Source: Phycisphaerales bacterium
GTDB taxonomy: Bacteria; Planctomycetota; Phycisphaerae; WQYP01
Direction of reading: 5' to 3'
Assembly: GCA_027313145.1 (NCBI GenBank)
Contig: DAHVEJ010000003.1
Location: 1 to 59,090 of the forward strand
Length of the DNA stretch: 59,090 nt
In this document: in pieces, positions 18,737 to 27,599 of the stretch
Layout of the letters: the number at the start of each line of letters is the position of its first letter
Numbering within the stretch: position 1 is the stretch's first letter
Notes under the pieces: generated by a model
Told to the model about the DNA's origin: nothing
The model's database searches: none
What the model saw: the letters and a program-made list of their open reading frames with translations, nothing else
Made by a program: the position numbers and the translations under genes

Positions 18737-20992
18737 ATGGAGAATTCTGTCATGGGCAATTTGTGCCGGCGCTTGATTTTCCGAAATTACCTCAGGGTGA
18801 TTTTTTCATCCATACTTGCTGTGGGCTTTTTACCCGGTAAACCAAGTATGGCCCAAGCGGCATCGATGGCCATCCCCGGTGTGACCATACATATTAATGC
18901 GGCCACGGGGGAGTATCTTTTTACGTCCGCATCGCCCGCGTGGACATTTCGCGGTACGGTAGGCTCGGCAATGAGACATATTCAGCGTTCATCGGGACGC
19001 GACAATCTGGGGGCATTCAAGGAAATTAAATTCACCTGGGGGCCAACATCTCATCGGCGCATCGGCGTCCTGAAATGTTACATGCACAGCGGCACGTTGC
19101 TTGCCGGTATTACCGGTGCTTCGCCGCGCACGGTATTTCCTGATTTTACTTCCATTCCATCAAAGCTGCGGGTGCTGAGTTTTAAGAACGCGGTGTTCGC
19201 CGGGCCGGAATTTCACGCGCAGGCTGATTCCATGCCCTGGGTTTTGTTTAATCGCCACGCCGATACCGCCATTATTTCACCAGCCTCGGCATTTCTTATC
19301 TCACGGCTGGCCGGCAATGCGAAAACCAGTATCGGTACGGAGCTAAATCCGAATGTTTCCGATTCCACCGCCGCGCGCATGCGGTGGACAATTCTTATGA
19401 TGGGCCGCGGCATAGAGCGCACGCTTCATTCCTGGGGGCATGCTCTGGACCGACTATACAATCGTCCGCGCATCGGTAATGAGGGTAATGTGGTGCTGCG
19501 TAATTTTGGCTATTGGACAGATAATGGCGCATGTTACTATTACAATTATGTGCCCAAGCTCGGATATGCCGGAACATTGGAAGCGGTGGCGCGCCAATTC
19601 GACCGGCATAAGGTCCCTCTGGCATATATGGAATTGGACAGTTGGTGGTACCGCAAAAGTGATCGCTATGTCGATGGGACAATTCTCAAAGCCAAGGCCG
19701 GCAAATTTCCCCCGGGGCGCTGGAATATTTACGGCGGCATCTGGCAATATCGAGCCTCACACCAATTGTTTCCACAGGGACTGGGCGCATTTCAAAAGAA
19801 ACTCGGCGTCCCGCTGGTTTGCCACGGTCGATGGATTGATCCGCACAGCCCCTACCATAAAAAGTACGCCATTTCAGGTATTGCGCCCATCGATCCGGCG
19901 TGGTGGAAATCCACGGCGGATTATTTCGCGCGAAGTGGGGTCATCGGCTACGAACAGGATTGGCTCAATGACATTTATCGATATTCTCCTGCCATGCAAA
20001 TATCACGCCATGTTGGCGATGCCTTCACTGGAAATATGGCTGCGGTTCTGGCGCGGCATCATATGAGCCTGATATATTGCATGCCGCTGCCCCGGTTTTT
20101 CCTGCAAAGTGCGGCGACGCCGAATCTTTCAATGATTCGCTGTTCCAATGACTATTTTATTCAGCAGCGCTGGCGGCATTTTGTCTACACATCCAGCCTC
20201 GCGCATGCGATGGGGCTGTGGCCATGGACAGATACACTCATGAGCCGCAATACCGGCGATATTCTTTTAGCCACTTTATCCGGCGGGCCGGTTGGTGTGG
20301 GCGATCAAATGGGACATGAGTCCTGGAGCAATATCAGAAAAGTGATTCGCTCCGACGGCCGAATCGTAAAGCCGGATGCGCCATTGCTTCCAACGGATCA
20401 AACAATTATGGCGGAAGCTGCGGGAAAGCATCGCCCTTTTGTCGCCGACACCTGTTCAAATCAGGGAATAAAAACAACCTATGTGTTTGTCTGGCGGCAG
20501 AAAGGCGACCATCCGTCCGTACGCATCAGTCCCACGGAACTGGGCTTGCCCGCCACTGGCCGTTACATCGTCTACAACTATTTCACCCACGCGGTAAGGC
20601 ATCTTGATGCTAAGCGCCCCTTGACCATTAATCTGCATCCCAACCAATGGCAATATGATATTGTCGCCCCGCAACAAGCCGGCGGCATGGCTCTTTTCGG
20701 TGATCTGAACCAGTTCGTGCCAATGGGCCGCCAGAGAATCGCCAAGGCTGCTGTACGAAAATCCGACGTTAATCTGACGGTCATTGTCGCGAAGGGTGAA
20801 AAGTCGGTTGTCATCAGCGGATACAGTAAGCATGGCATTTCAGCATCCATTCGCGGTGGATCCGTTTCCACCAGCGCCGACGGCCAAACCGGCCTATTTA
20901 CCGTCACGGTAAGCCCCAGCGCCAACACCCCGGAACAGAACGATTATGATAAACCGATTCAGGAAATTGCGGTACAACTTTCCAGCCGCTGA
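18737..20992 (+). CDS. Secreted putative glycoside hydrolase, family uncertain (TIM barrel, clan GH-D-like)
   Basis: Signal peptide; GYWTDNGACYYY, YMELDSWWY, GYEQDWL, LSGGPVGVGD, DGRIVKPD resemble GH36/raffinose-synthase-like barrels; start uncertain. Confidence 0.65.
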   Translation: MENSVMGNLCRRLIFRNYLRVIFSSILAVGFLPGKPSMAQAASMAIPGVTIHINAATGEYLFTSASPAWTFRGTVGSAMRHIQRSSGRDNLGAFKEIKFTWGPTSHRRIGVLKCYMHSGTLLAGITGASPRTVFPDFTSIPSKLRVLSFKNAVFAGPEFHAQADSMPWVLFNRHADTAIISPASAFLISRLAGNAKTSIGTELNPNVSDSTAARMRWTILMMGRGIERTLHSWGHALDRLYNRPRIGNEGNVVLRNFGYWTDNGACYYYNYVPKLGYAGTLEAVARQFDRHKVPLAYMELDSWWYRKSDRYVDGTILKAKAGKFPPGRWNIYGGIWQYRASHQLFPQGLGAFQKKLGVPLVCHGRWIDPHSPYHKKYAISGIAPIDPAWWKSTADYFARSGVIGYEQDWLNDIYRYSPAMQISRHVGDAFTGNMAAVLARHHMSLIYCMPLPRFFLQSAATPNLSMIRCSNDYFIQQRWRHFVYTSSLAHAMGLWPWTDTLMSRNTGDILLATLSGGPVGVGDQMGHESWSNIRKVIRSDGRIVKPDAPLLPTDQTIMAEAAGKHRPFVADTCSNQGIKTTYVFVWRQKGDHPSVRISPTELGLPATGRYIVYNYFTHAVRHLDAKRPLTINLHPNQWQYDIVAPQQAGGMALFGDLNQFVPMGRQRIAKAAVRKSDVNLTVIVAKGEKSVVISGYSKHGISASIRGGSVSTSADGQTGLFTVTVSPSANTPEQNDYDKPIQEIAVQLSSR

Positions 20993-20996
20993 GGAT

Positions 20997-23195
20997 TTAT
21001 CCAGGCACAACGCGCAGCAGCTTCGTCTGAAAGCGGCGCATGAGGAACTTGAAGGTGTTAACATGGCTCGCCAAACACTTCCCATTCAGCAAATCGTAGA
21101 TGGAACTTCTGTGGGGTAAAGTGATGGTGCGATCGCCTGCTGTGCCATCACTACTGATCATCATCAGGCTTCCATCGGTTTCAAAGGCATCGTTGGTGTT
21201 CAGGTAAACCGGCACGCCAAGGTGTGGGAAAAGTGATCTCCAGAACGCCGCGGAAGGCCGTGGATCCCCGATAAAGACGGAGGTGTATTGTTTGTGCCGC
21301 AGCAGGGCAACCGAGACGGAAGGGGAATGGTCATACGTCGCGAGAGAAATGGCGGAAGGATCCACCACGGCGAAGCTGGGGGTATCGGCGGCATGACTGA
21401 AAATTCCAAACTTGGCAACTGAGGCGTTGAGTCCCGAAATACGTTGCTTTGGAAGCCCCAGTCTGTTTCCGACGGTAACTTCGCTTCCGGGAAGTGCACT
21501 TGGTGGCATCAGTCGCAACCCCATGCCGACAAGCCTACTGGCGGCGGCCACGTCAATTTTTCCATGCCTCATGAATCCCGCGCCGTAGAGCCAAATGAGC
21601 GTACGCCCGTGCGATTCCAATTGGGACTTGATTTCCCTGCGCAATGCAGCACCTACGTGCCAGGCGTTGAGGAAAATAATAACCTTTGCAGGTGGAAAAT
21701 GGCGGTTGGCAATATCGGAAAGCAGGTAGCTTCCAACACTGGTTCCGCATCGGAAGAACTGCCCAGGATTGAACGTAAGGGCACCCAAAAGCGGCATGTC
21801 TACAGGCCCGACGCGAGCATAATAGGAAGACCGCTCGTCCAGAATGACCGCCACGTCAGGCTTGTACGGGGATTTTCCACCATACTTCACGTATATTTTG
21901 CGTAGCGTGCCAATATTTTTCCATATTCCACTGCTGTTTAACCATCCTTTTCCCTGCAGGTCCATCCACCACATTCCCATGCGGTGAATCAGCACCTGGC
22001 CGAAATTTCTGCGATGAACGTCAATGGTCTGGGTGAGATTCGCACATCGGGCGTAAAATCCGGGACCAGAATGCTTTGTGGTATCTAGAAACGTGCTGGT
22101 GTCATCTTCCATCATCCACAGCTTGCCATGCAGGGCAGCGCTGTCCTGCGCCCCCTCGAGTGGTGGTGCTCCGCCGGGCTGCCGGAAAGCGTAATCCACA
22201 GGGCATGCAACTGCATCAACGTAGGGCAACCGAAGCAGTTTGCCTAGCGCGTCATCGGAACTGTTGGGCGTGGGAAGAGAAAATCCGTAGCCGTAAAAGG
22301 TTACAACCAGAGAATGTCCGGCGGTTTGTCGCTTGATGACCCTGGCGAACTGGGATATCCGGTGAACGGCCATGTCGCTTTGATACCTCATATAGTCAAT
22401 GCAGCGACGCTCGTCAGGGCGATAAAACGGATAGGCGTTGGCGGCTCGTGGCGGAGGAACATCCGCCAAGCTGAAACGGATATGCTTTTGGTGCCATGCG
22501 GCGCGCAGCACGGCGTTTGTTTTATACCGCCGCCGCAGCCATTTTTTGAAACCCGCCTCATTGGGTTTGGAATAATCAAATCCTGGCCGAATAGGTCCCC
22601 AATAATTGGGGGTAAACCACTCCCCGGTGTTCCCGTGGCAGATGTGGTAACCGATTACGCGACTTGCGAGAATTGGGGAAGATTTGATGTGGGCGATAAA
22701 TACTTTAAGGTCATTTGCGACGGCGTGGTACCAAAGGCGGGACGCCGGTGAGCACTGGGGACGTTGTCCGTCGGCGTACTTAACTAACTGGGATGGATGC
22801 CTAGCGTCAAAGCCCGGCACCCCGCACCAGACTCGCGGCAACAACCACGCTTTGGGGTTGTTCTTGAGGATAAACGAGCAGAGTCGGTCCAGGGAATCGT
22901 GGATAAACGGATGAGCTGGATTTGGCAGGCCAACTGGGAATGTGACAATATTAATACCGCGCTGTGCGGCAAGCCGAATTTCCGCAGCCGATTGCGCTAC
23001 GCTCCGTTGATATTGAAAATTGATGTAGACGTAAAGCGCCAAAGGGGGAACTCGCCGCCCCGCGATAAATAAATTTGGACAGCCGTCAACGGATCTCACG
23101 CGTGCATCAATTAACGTATGAGCAGTCGCCGCTGCGGTACCGGTGCCCGCGAACGCCAAGAGGCAAGCGACAATCCGGCAAGTTGATCTGAACAA
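20997..23195 (-). CDS. Secreted beta-galactosidase-like glycoside hydrolase (GH42-like)
   Basis: Signal peptide; GNTGEW, FDYS...FKKWLRRRY....LRAAW, LWMMEDD, trimerisation-like region (LIWLYGAG); AAGGAG before the TTG start. Confidence 0.72.
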   Translation of the reverse strand: MFRSTCRIVACLLAFAGTGTAAATAHTLIDARVRSVDGCPNLFIAGRRVPPLALYVYINFQYQRSVAQSAAEIRLAAQRGINIVTFPVGLPNPAHPFIHDSLDRLCSFILKNNPKAWLLPRVWCGVPGFDARHPSQLVKYADGQRPQCSPASRLWYHAVANDLKVFIAHIKSSPILASRVIGYHICHGNTGEWFTPNYWGPIRPGFDYSKPNEAGFKKWLRRRYKTNAVLRAAWHQKHIRFSLADVPPPRAANAYPFYRPDERRCIDYMRYQSDMAVHRISQFARVIKRQTAGHSLVVTFYGYGFSLPTPNSSDDALGKLLRLPYVDAVACPVDYAFRQPGGAPPLEGAQDSAALHGKLWMMEDDTSTFLDTTKHSGPGFYARCANLTQTIDVHRRNFGQVLIHRMGMWWMDLQGKGWLNSSGIWKNIGTLRKIYVKYGGKSPYKPDVAVILDERSSYYARVGPVDMPLLGALTFNPGQFFRCGTSVGSYLLSDIANRHFPPAKVIIFLNAWHVGAALRREIKSQLESHGRTLIWLYGAGFMRHGKIDVAAASRLVGMGLRLMPPSALPGSEVTVGNRLGLPKQRISGLNASVAKFGIFSHAADTPSFAVVDPSAISLATYDHSPSVSVALLRHKQYTSVFIGDPRPSAAFWRSLFPHLGVPVYLNTNDAFETDGSLMMISSDGTAGDRTITLPHRSSIYDLLNGKCLASHVNTFKFLMRRFQTKLLRVVPG

Positions 23196-23286
23196 AAGTA
23201 TTCTCCTTTAGAGCGTCCAAGTTTTCACATTTGGGCATACGGGCGCAGACGATCAAGCCTAACCGCCGATGTGCAACGACTAATTA

Positions 23287-23332
23287 AGCCAGCCCCCTGC
23301 GGCCCGCCTACTTCGCCGCGCGGGGGCTGGCT
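23287..23332 (-). terminator. GC-rich stem-loop between the pilin-like and GH42-like genes
   Basis: Perfect 10-bp arms AGCCAGCCCC / GGGGCTGGCT; no clear U-tract. Confidence 0.45.
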
Positions 23333-23405
23333 ATCCGATGAATCTTTCAGGCCCCGGTGGGCGGCCCGGATTGGCTCACCTGGCGCTGTTGTGTTGTCAG
23401 GAATA

Positions 23406-24275
23406 TCACCTGATCGTTACGTTATAGTAACGTAGCGTGTTAGCTTGGACCGGAGCGGCGTGGCCGTCACAGAAGACCGCATTGGCATACCCGGTGTCGG
23501 CGTTGGAGGCTCCTAACCCCGCGCCAAGGCCTGGAACATTGACCGGTGTCAGCCCGTGCCGATAGCGGAGTCCGCAGGTATTCCAGTCCTCGGCATCGGT
23601 GTTGCTCTGGCCCTCCGGCCAGCCCGCCGGGATCACTTCGGTCGTGGGTGTGGTGGTCGGCAGCCAGCCGGGTGTTGTCCAGTTAAATATGGCCTCGCTA
23701 CTTCCCTGCGGGGCATCCTGATTGGCATCTCCCATCATAATGACGTGCGAAGGAGATTTGATTTCAGCATCTCGGACCATGCTCGGTTCAGGTCCGCCGC
23801 CAAACCACCAAGCTGGCTCGTTTACATAGACGAATATGTTGGGATTGGCACCATATTCTACAGCTTGCAAGAGTGTGGGCGTTATATCCGCCGATGGGCA
23901 GTAAAATAATCCCTGCCATTTCTGGATAACTGGCGGGGTGTAGTTGTTTGGAAGATTCCACCATCCGACGTAAGGTACGTTTCCGATATAATAATCATTC
24001 AGCATATCGAACCAACTGCTGCCGGCTGCAAGGTCACCTGCCCCGGTCCCTGCGTTGTAACCATACGGGTAAATTCCAGCACTGGTGTTTACATATTCTT
24101 CTGTAAGTTGACCCAACGACCGCAGTTTTGCCGTACACTGTATCGCTTGGGCATCCTTCTGGGCTGCGGCAAGCGCGGGGAGCAGAAGTGCGATCAACAG
24201 CGAAATAATGGAAATCACCACTAAAAGTTCAATGAGCGTAAAGCCGCGTTTCATTTGCGAAAATGGAAATGCCAT
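23406..24275 (-). CDS. Prepilin-type N-terminal cleavage/methylation protein (DUF1559-like) with H-X9-DG-type C-terminus
   Basis: RGFTLIELLVVISIISLLIALLLPAL, C...LRSLG, YCPS, RYRH...NAVFCDGH. Confidence 0.93.
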   Translation of the reverse strand: MAFPFSQMKRGFTLIELLVVISIISLLIALLLPALAAAQKDAQAIQCTAKLRSLGQLTEEYVNTSAGIYPYGYNAGTGAGDLAAGSSWFDMLNDYYIGNVPYVGWWNLPNNYTPPVIQKWQGLFYCPSADITPTLLQAVEYGANPNIFVYVNEPAWWFGGGPEPSMVRDAEIKSPSHVIMMGDANQDAPQGSSEAIFNWTTPGWLPTTTPTTEVIPAGWPEGQSNTDAEDWNTCGLRYRHGLTPVNVPGLGAGLGASNADTGYANAVFCDGHAAPVQANTLRYYNVTIR

Positions 24276-24346
24276 GTATGTATCTCCTTAAAATAGGGAC
24301 ATCTGTATGTCCGGCAACGACGCTAAAACAACTACAGCCTGACTAA

Positions 24347-24388
24347 AAGGTATGGCCGTCGCCTCAGGCCAGGCTGCGGCCATACCTT
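24347..24388 (-). terminator. Probable intrinsic terminator or stabilising hairpin after the PEP-CTERM gene
   Basis: Perfect 12-bp stem AAGGTATGGCCG / CGGCCATACCTT ending in a short T run on the minus strand. Confidence 0.6.
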
Positions 24389-24396
24389 GGGAGGCA

Positions 24397-25176
24397 TCAA
24401 ACCCTTTTCCGTAGCACTCTTTTCCGGGCAATCAACGCTACAGAGCCGGCTAGGGCTACCAGGCCGATCGTTGTCGGCTCTGGCACCGCGGTGACAGTCA
24501 CCGCCTGGATGCCGATATTGGCAAACTGCCCGGTACTCACCGCCGTGTCGGAGAAAGTCAGTGTATCCCCAGGTGCGCCCGCAATATTTAATGTAAGCTC
24601 ACCGGCGAGGCTGCTTTGTGGCAGCGCATTATTGAAGGTATAACTTCCGCCGGAGCTAAGGCTTGCGGTAATGTCATGGTTCGCATTGTAGGAGTTGAGA
24701 TAAACGTCCATAACCTCCGACGAGCCCAGAAGCGTCTGGGTGAATGAAAAAGACGAAGGTGTAAAGCTCGAATAGGCGTAGATATTTGATGTGTCAGAAG
24801 ACGTTGGCGATCCGCCACTGAAGGATAGAAAGTTAAACCCGGTTGCGTATTGTGGAGCGGTGCCGTTTTGAAATCCGTCGACTAAATTACCGCCGGTCAA
24901 CGCACTAAAAGAGTTCGGGCCACCCGCCTTGGTGCTGGGTGTAATGCTGTATGAGCCGGCGCTGTTGAGACCGAAATACACCCAATCCGAAGCACCAGTG
25001 CTGATATCAATGGGGCTGGCGGCCGAACTTGCCGGTGCCGCGGCCATTGTGCCGGAAATGGTTCCGCCGTCAGCACCCGCCGTGGACAGTGCTATCCCGG
25101 CGACGGCGATGCCAACTACCGCCGAGACCTTTGACATGGGATAACGCGCGAAAGAAATTTTTGAAAACATGGTCAT
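24397..25176 (-). CDS. PEP-CTERM sorting domain surface protein (Ser/Thr/Gly-rich)
   Basis: Signal peptide; C-terminal AVPEP, then TM IGLVALAGSVALI, then basic RKRVLRKRV. Confidence 0.93.
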   Translation of the reverse strand: MTMFSKISFARYPMSKVSAVVGIAVAGIALSTAGADGGTISGTMAAAPASSAASPIDISTGASDWVYFGLNSAGSYSITPSTKAGGPNSFSALTGGNLVDGFQNGTAPQYATGFNFLSFSGGSPTSSDTSNIYAYSSFTPSSFSFTQTLLGSSEVMDVYLNSYNANHDITASLSSGGSYTFNNALPQSSLAGELTLNIAGAPGDTLTFSDTAVSTGQFANIGIQAVTVTAVPEPTTIGLVALAGSVALIARKRVLRKRV

Positions 25177-25772
25177 TTCTCCAAAAAAGTCAGAACCTCA
25201 GCTCCCACCCAACCACGCGGTCAGAAATTGTGGAGCGTTAACTCCGTAGCATGCACTGCTCGGCCGAAAAACCGGGCGGCAATTACGGACCTTATTTATC
25301 CGCCTACGGTTCAAGGGCTACCCGCCTTGGCCATGTAGCTGCGGCGGCCACATGGGATCCGGGAGTCATGCGGTCCAGTAACCTCCTTTCCTGTTCAGCC
25401 AACCTTCTAACCGCCACCTTCTGCAGAATTGCTTTGGTGACAGCCATTTTACAAAATCTTGGCGTGCAGATCGCTTCCGCCAATGAACTTACTATAACTC
25501 GTCAAATTGGCTTAACGCGGCAAAACTATGTGCGTTTCGCGCAAGTGACTTAGACGCCGGGTTCATCCTGGATTTGAGGTTGTTCCTACCGGTTTTCGGC
25601 CAATGCGTCAACGTACTCCAACGCTTAGATGTTCGTGGCCTGGAATGCGGAATGCCCTGGGGCCGAGCAGTTCCCTGCCGCCAAGTGAATCCGCAGTAAC
25701 TTATCTGCGGGCCGTTTGACCGGCATAGTTAACGTGGGGTACGCTGTGGCAACTGATAACTTGGAGATATCC

Positions 25773-26927
25773 ATGACCGCGAAGCGTATCGCCATCGTCA
25801 TCGAACTGGCCGTTGGTTACAGAGAAGATGTAATTCGAGGACTTCTGCGATTCATGGAAACGCGCCCCAATTGGTTATATCAAGGCTGTGAATTAAAATC
25901 CAAAGAACTGCAAGCGCTTCACAGGTGGTGCCCTGATGGAATTGTGGTCGGCTACCATGATCAGAGCGTAAAACAGTTGCTGCGAGGATTTTCGTTGCCA
26001 ACCATTGATGTCTTCAACTGGTTTGACCTTCCTGATTCAACCCGCGTGAGCATAGATGATGTTGCGGTTGGACGAATGGCCGCCGAGTATTTATTGCAGC
26101 GGGGATTTAAAAATCTGGCTATTATCGGTGAAACCTCAGCAAAATTTGCCATCGAACGGCGCGATGGATTTGTCGCGGCTCTTGCCGCCGCCAACGTAAA
26201 CTGTTTCAGAATCGGTGAAGTGGCCCGGCCAACTGTCTCATGGTCGGTGGCGTTCCGTACCACGCCGGACAAAACATTGCGTAAATGGCTGCGTGAGCTT
26301 CCGAAGCCCGTCGGAATTTTTGCGATTGACGATGACTGGGCGCTGACACTTTCGGAATTGTGTAATCAGGAGGGAATTCGAGTCCCGGATCAAGCGGCCA
26401 TTCTTGGAGTTGACGATGAGGAACTTCTCTGCCAAATGTCACGGCCCCCACTGTCCAGCATTGATACCGGTGCCGAGCGGATCGGGTGGGAGGCCGGAAA
26501 GGCGTTGGCAGAACTCATGGAGGGCAAACGTGTTGCCAATCCGTTGCTTTTACAACCCGTGCGGGTGGTGGAGCGACAATCCACGGACATTTTTGCCATT
26601 GAGGACACCGAGGTCTTATCCGCCGTCAGATTTATTCAGACCAACGCTCACCGTGGAATTGGCGTTACCGAAGTGCTGCGAATGGTGCCCACCCGTAGGC
26701 GTACATTGGAGCACCGCTTCCGCGAGCTTATTGGCCGTAGTATTCTTGATGAAGTTCAGCGATGTCGTATCGCGCGCGCGAAAAACCTTCTGGTTACCAC
26801 GGATATTAAACTTTCTGTAGTGGCACAACGCAGCGGATTCAGCAGCGCGGGCCGCCTTTGCCGCGTCTTTCGGCAAGTCACCGGTGAAACCCCCGCCGCA
26901 TTTCGCCGCCATCAGGCGCTGGAATAA
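25773..26927 (+). CDS. XylR-type regulator (periplasmic-binding-protein-like sensor domain + AraC HTH)
   Basis: WLRELPKPVGIFA, VPDQAAILGVDD, PPLSSID, RQSTD, AraC tail VFRQVTGETPAAFRR; ATG after GGAG. Confidence 0.92.
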   Translation: MTAKRIAIVIELAVGYREDVIRGLLRFMETRPNWLYQGCELKSKELQALHRWCPDGIVVGYHDQSVKQLLRGFSLPTIDVFNWFDLPDSTRVSIDDVAVGRMAAEYLLQRGFKNLAIIGETSAKFAIERRDGFVAALAAANVNCFRIGEVARPTVSWSVAFRTTPDKTLRKWLRELPKPVGIFAIDDDWALTLSELCNQEGIRVPDQAAILGVDDEELLCQMSRPPLSSIDTGAERIGWEAGKALAELMEGKRVANPLLLQPVRVVERQSTDIFAIEDTEVLSAVRFIQTNAHRGIGVTEVLRMVPTRRRTLEHRFRELIGRSILDEVQRCRIARAKNLLVTTDIKLSVVAQRSGFSSAGRLCRVFRQVTGETPAAFRRHQALE

Positions 26928-27599
26928 TCTAGCAGGTATTCTGCCGCCGATGAATACGGTCAGCTGATTACCGTCACGTTTAAGCCTCGGGGCCGGTGCG
27001 GATAAACAATGGGTAGGCAGGGAGAAGAGTGGCAATAAATCCGGTCAGGCCACTGGAGCGCCTGTTCCAAGAGAAACCATTCTCTTATCGCCGACAATGA
27101 TGCCATCAATGTCGCTGCCCGCCCGGAAATATCGCTACGCTCCAGTGAGGCCGTATGGCCGCGAGAGGTGTGGTTTGGGGGATCTGCCCTAAATTCTTGA
27201 TGGGACAGAGCCTGAGTGACTGTCCGAGTAATGGCCGTGGCAACCTGGCAATTACGCGCACTGACGCATGGCGATGCAAAGTTCACTTTTGCGCTGGTGG
27301 TAAAAACTTTTGCGCTGTACGTAGTGGCGGAAGCCTTGGCCCGCTGTAAACTAAATGTTCAAGGTTCGGCGGCGGATTGGTTCCGTTGGGCACTAGATTA
27401 TCGGCCGTCCGTGGAAAAAGAGAGCGGTTAATAACATGCGCGGAATGCGGGCAGATCTGCACGTTGCTATAACGCCAGCGCTCCTCGCCATTACCGCCTG
27501 AAGGCTGGTAAAACAGTCGCCTAATCAACGGGGTTGTGCCGATTTAATGGCAGGATCGTCGATAGCCGATTCAAAAATCGATTGTAACGGGTGTGTGAT

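Noticed and set aside
26930-27590. About 650-bp gap with short ORFs between XylR and yicI
   Set aside because: No recognisable motif, repeat or RNA structure; may be a decayed gene, but I cannot support a call
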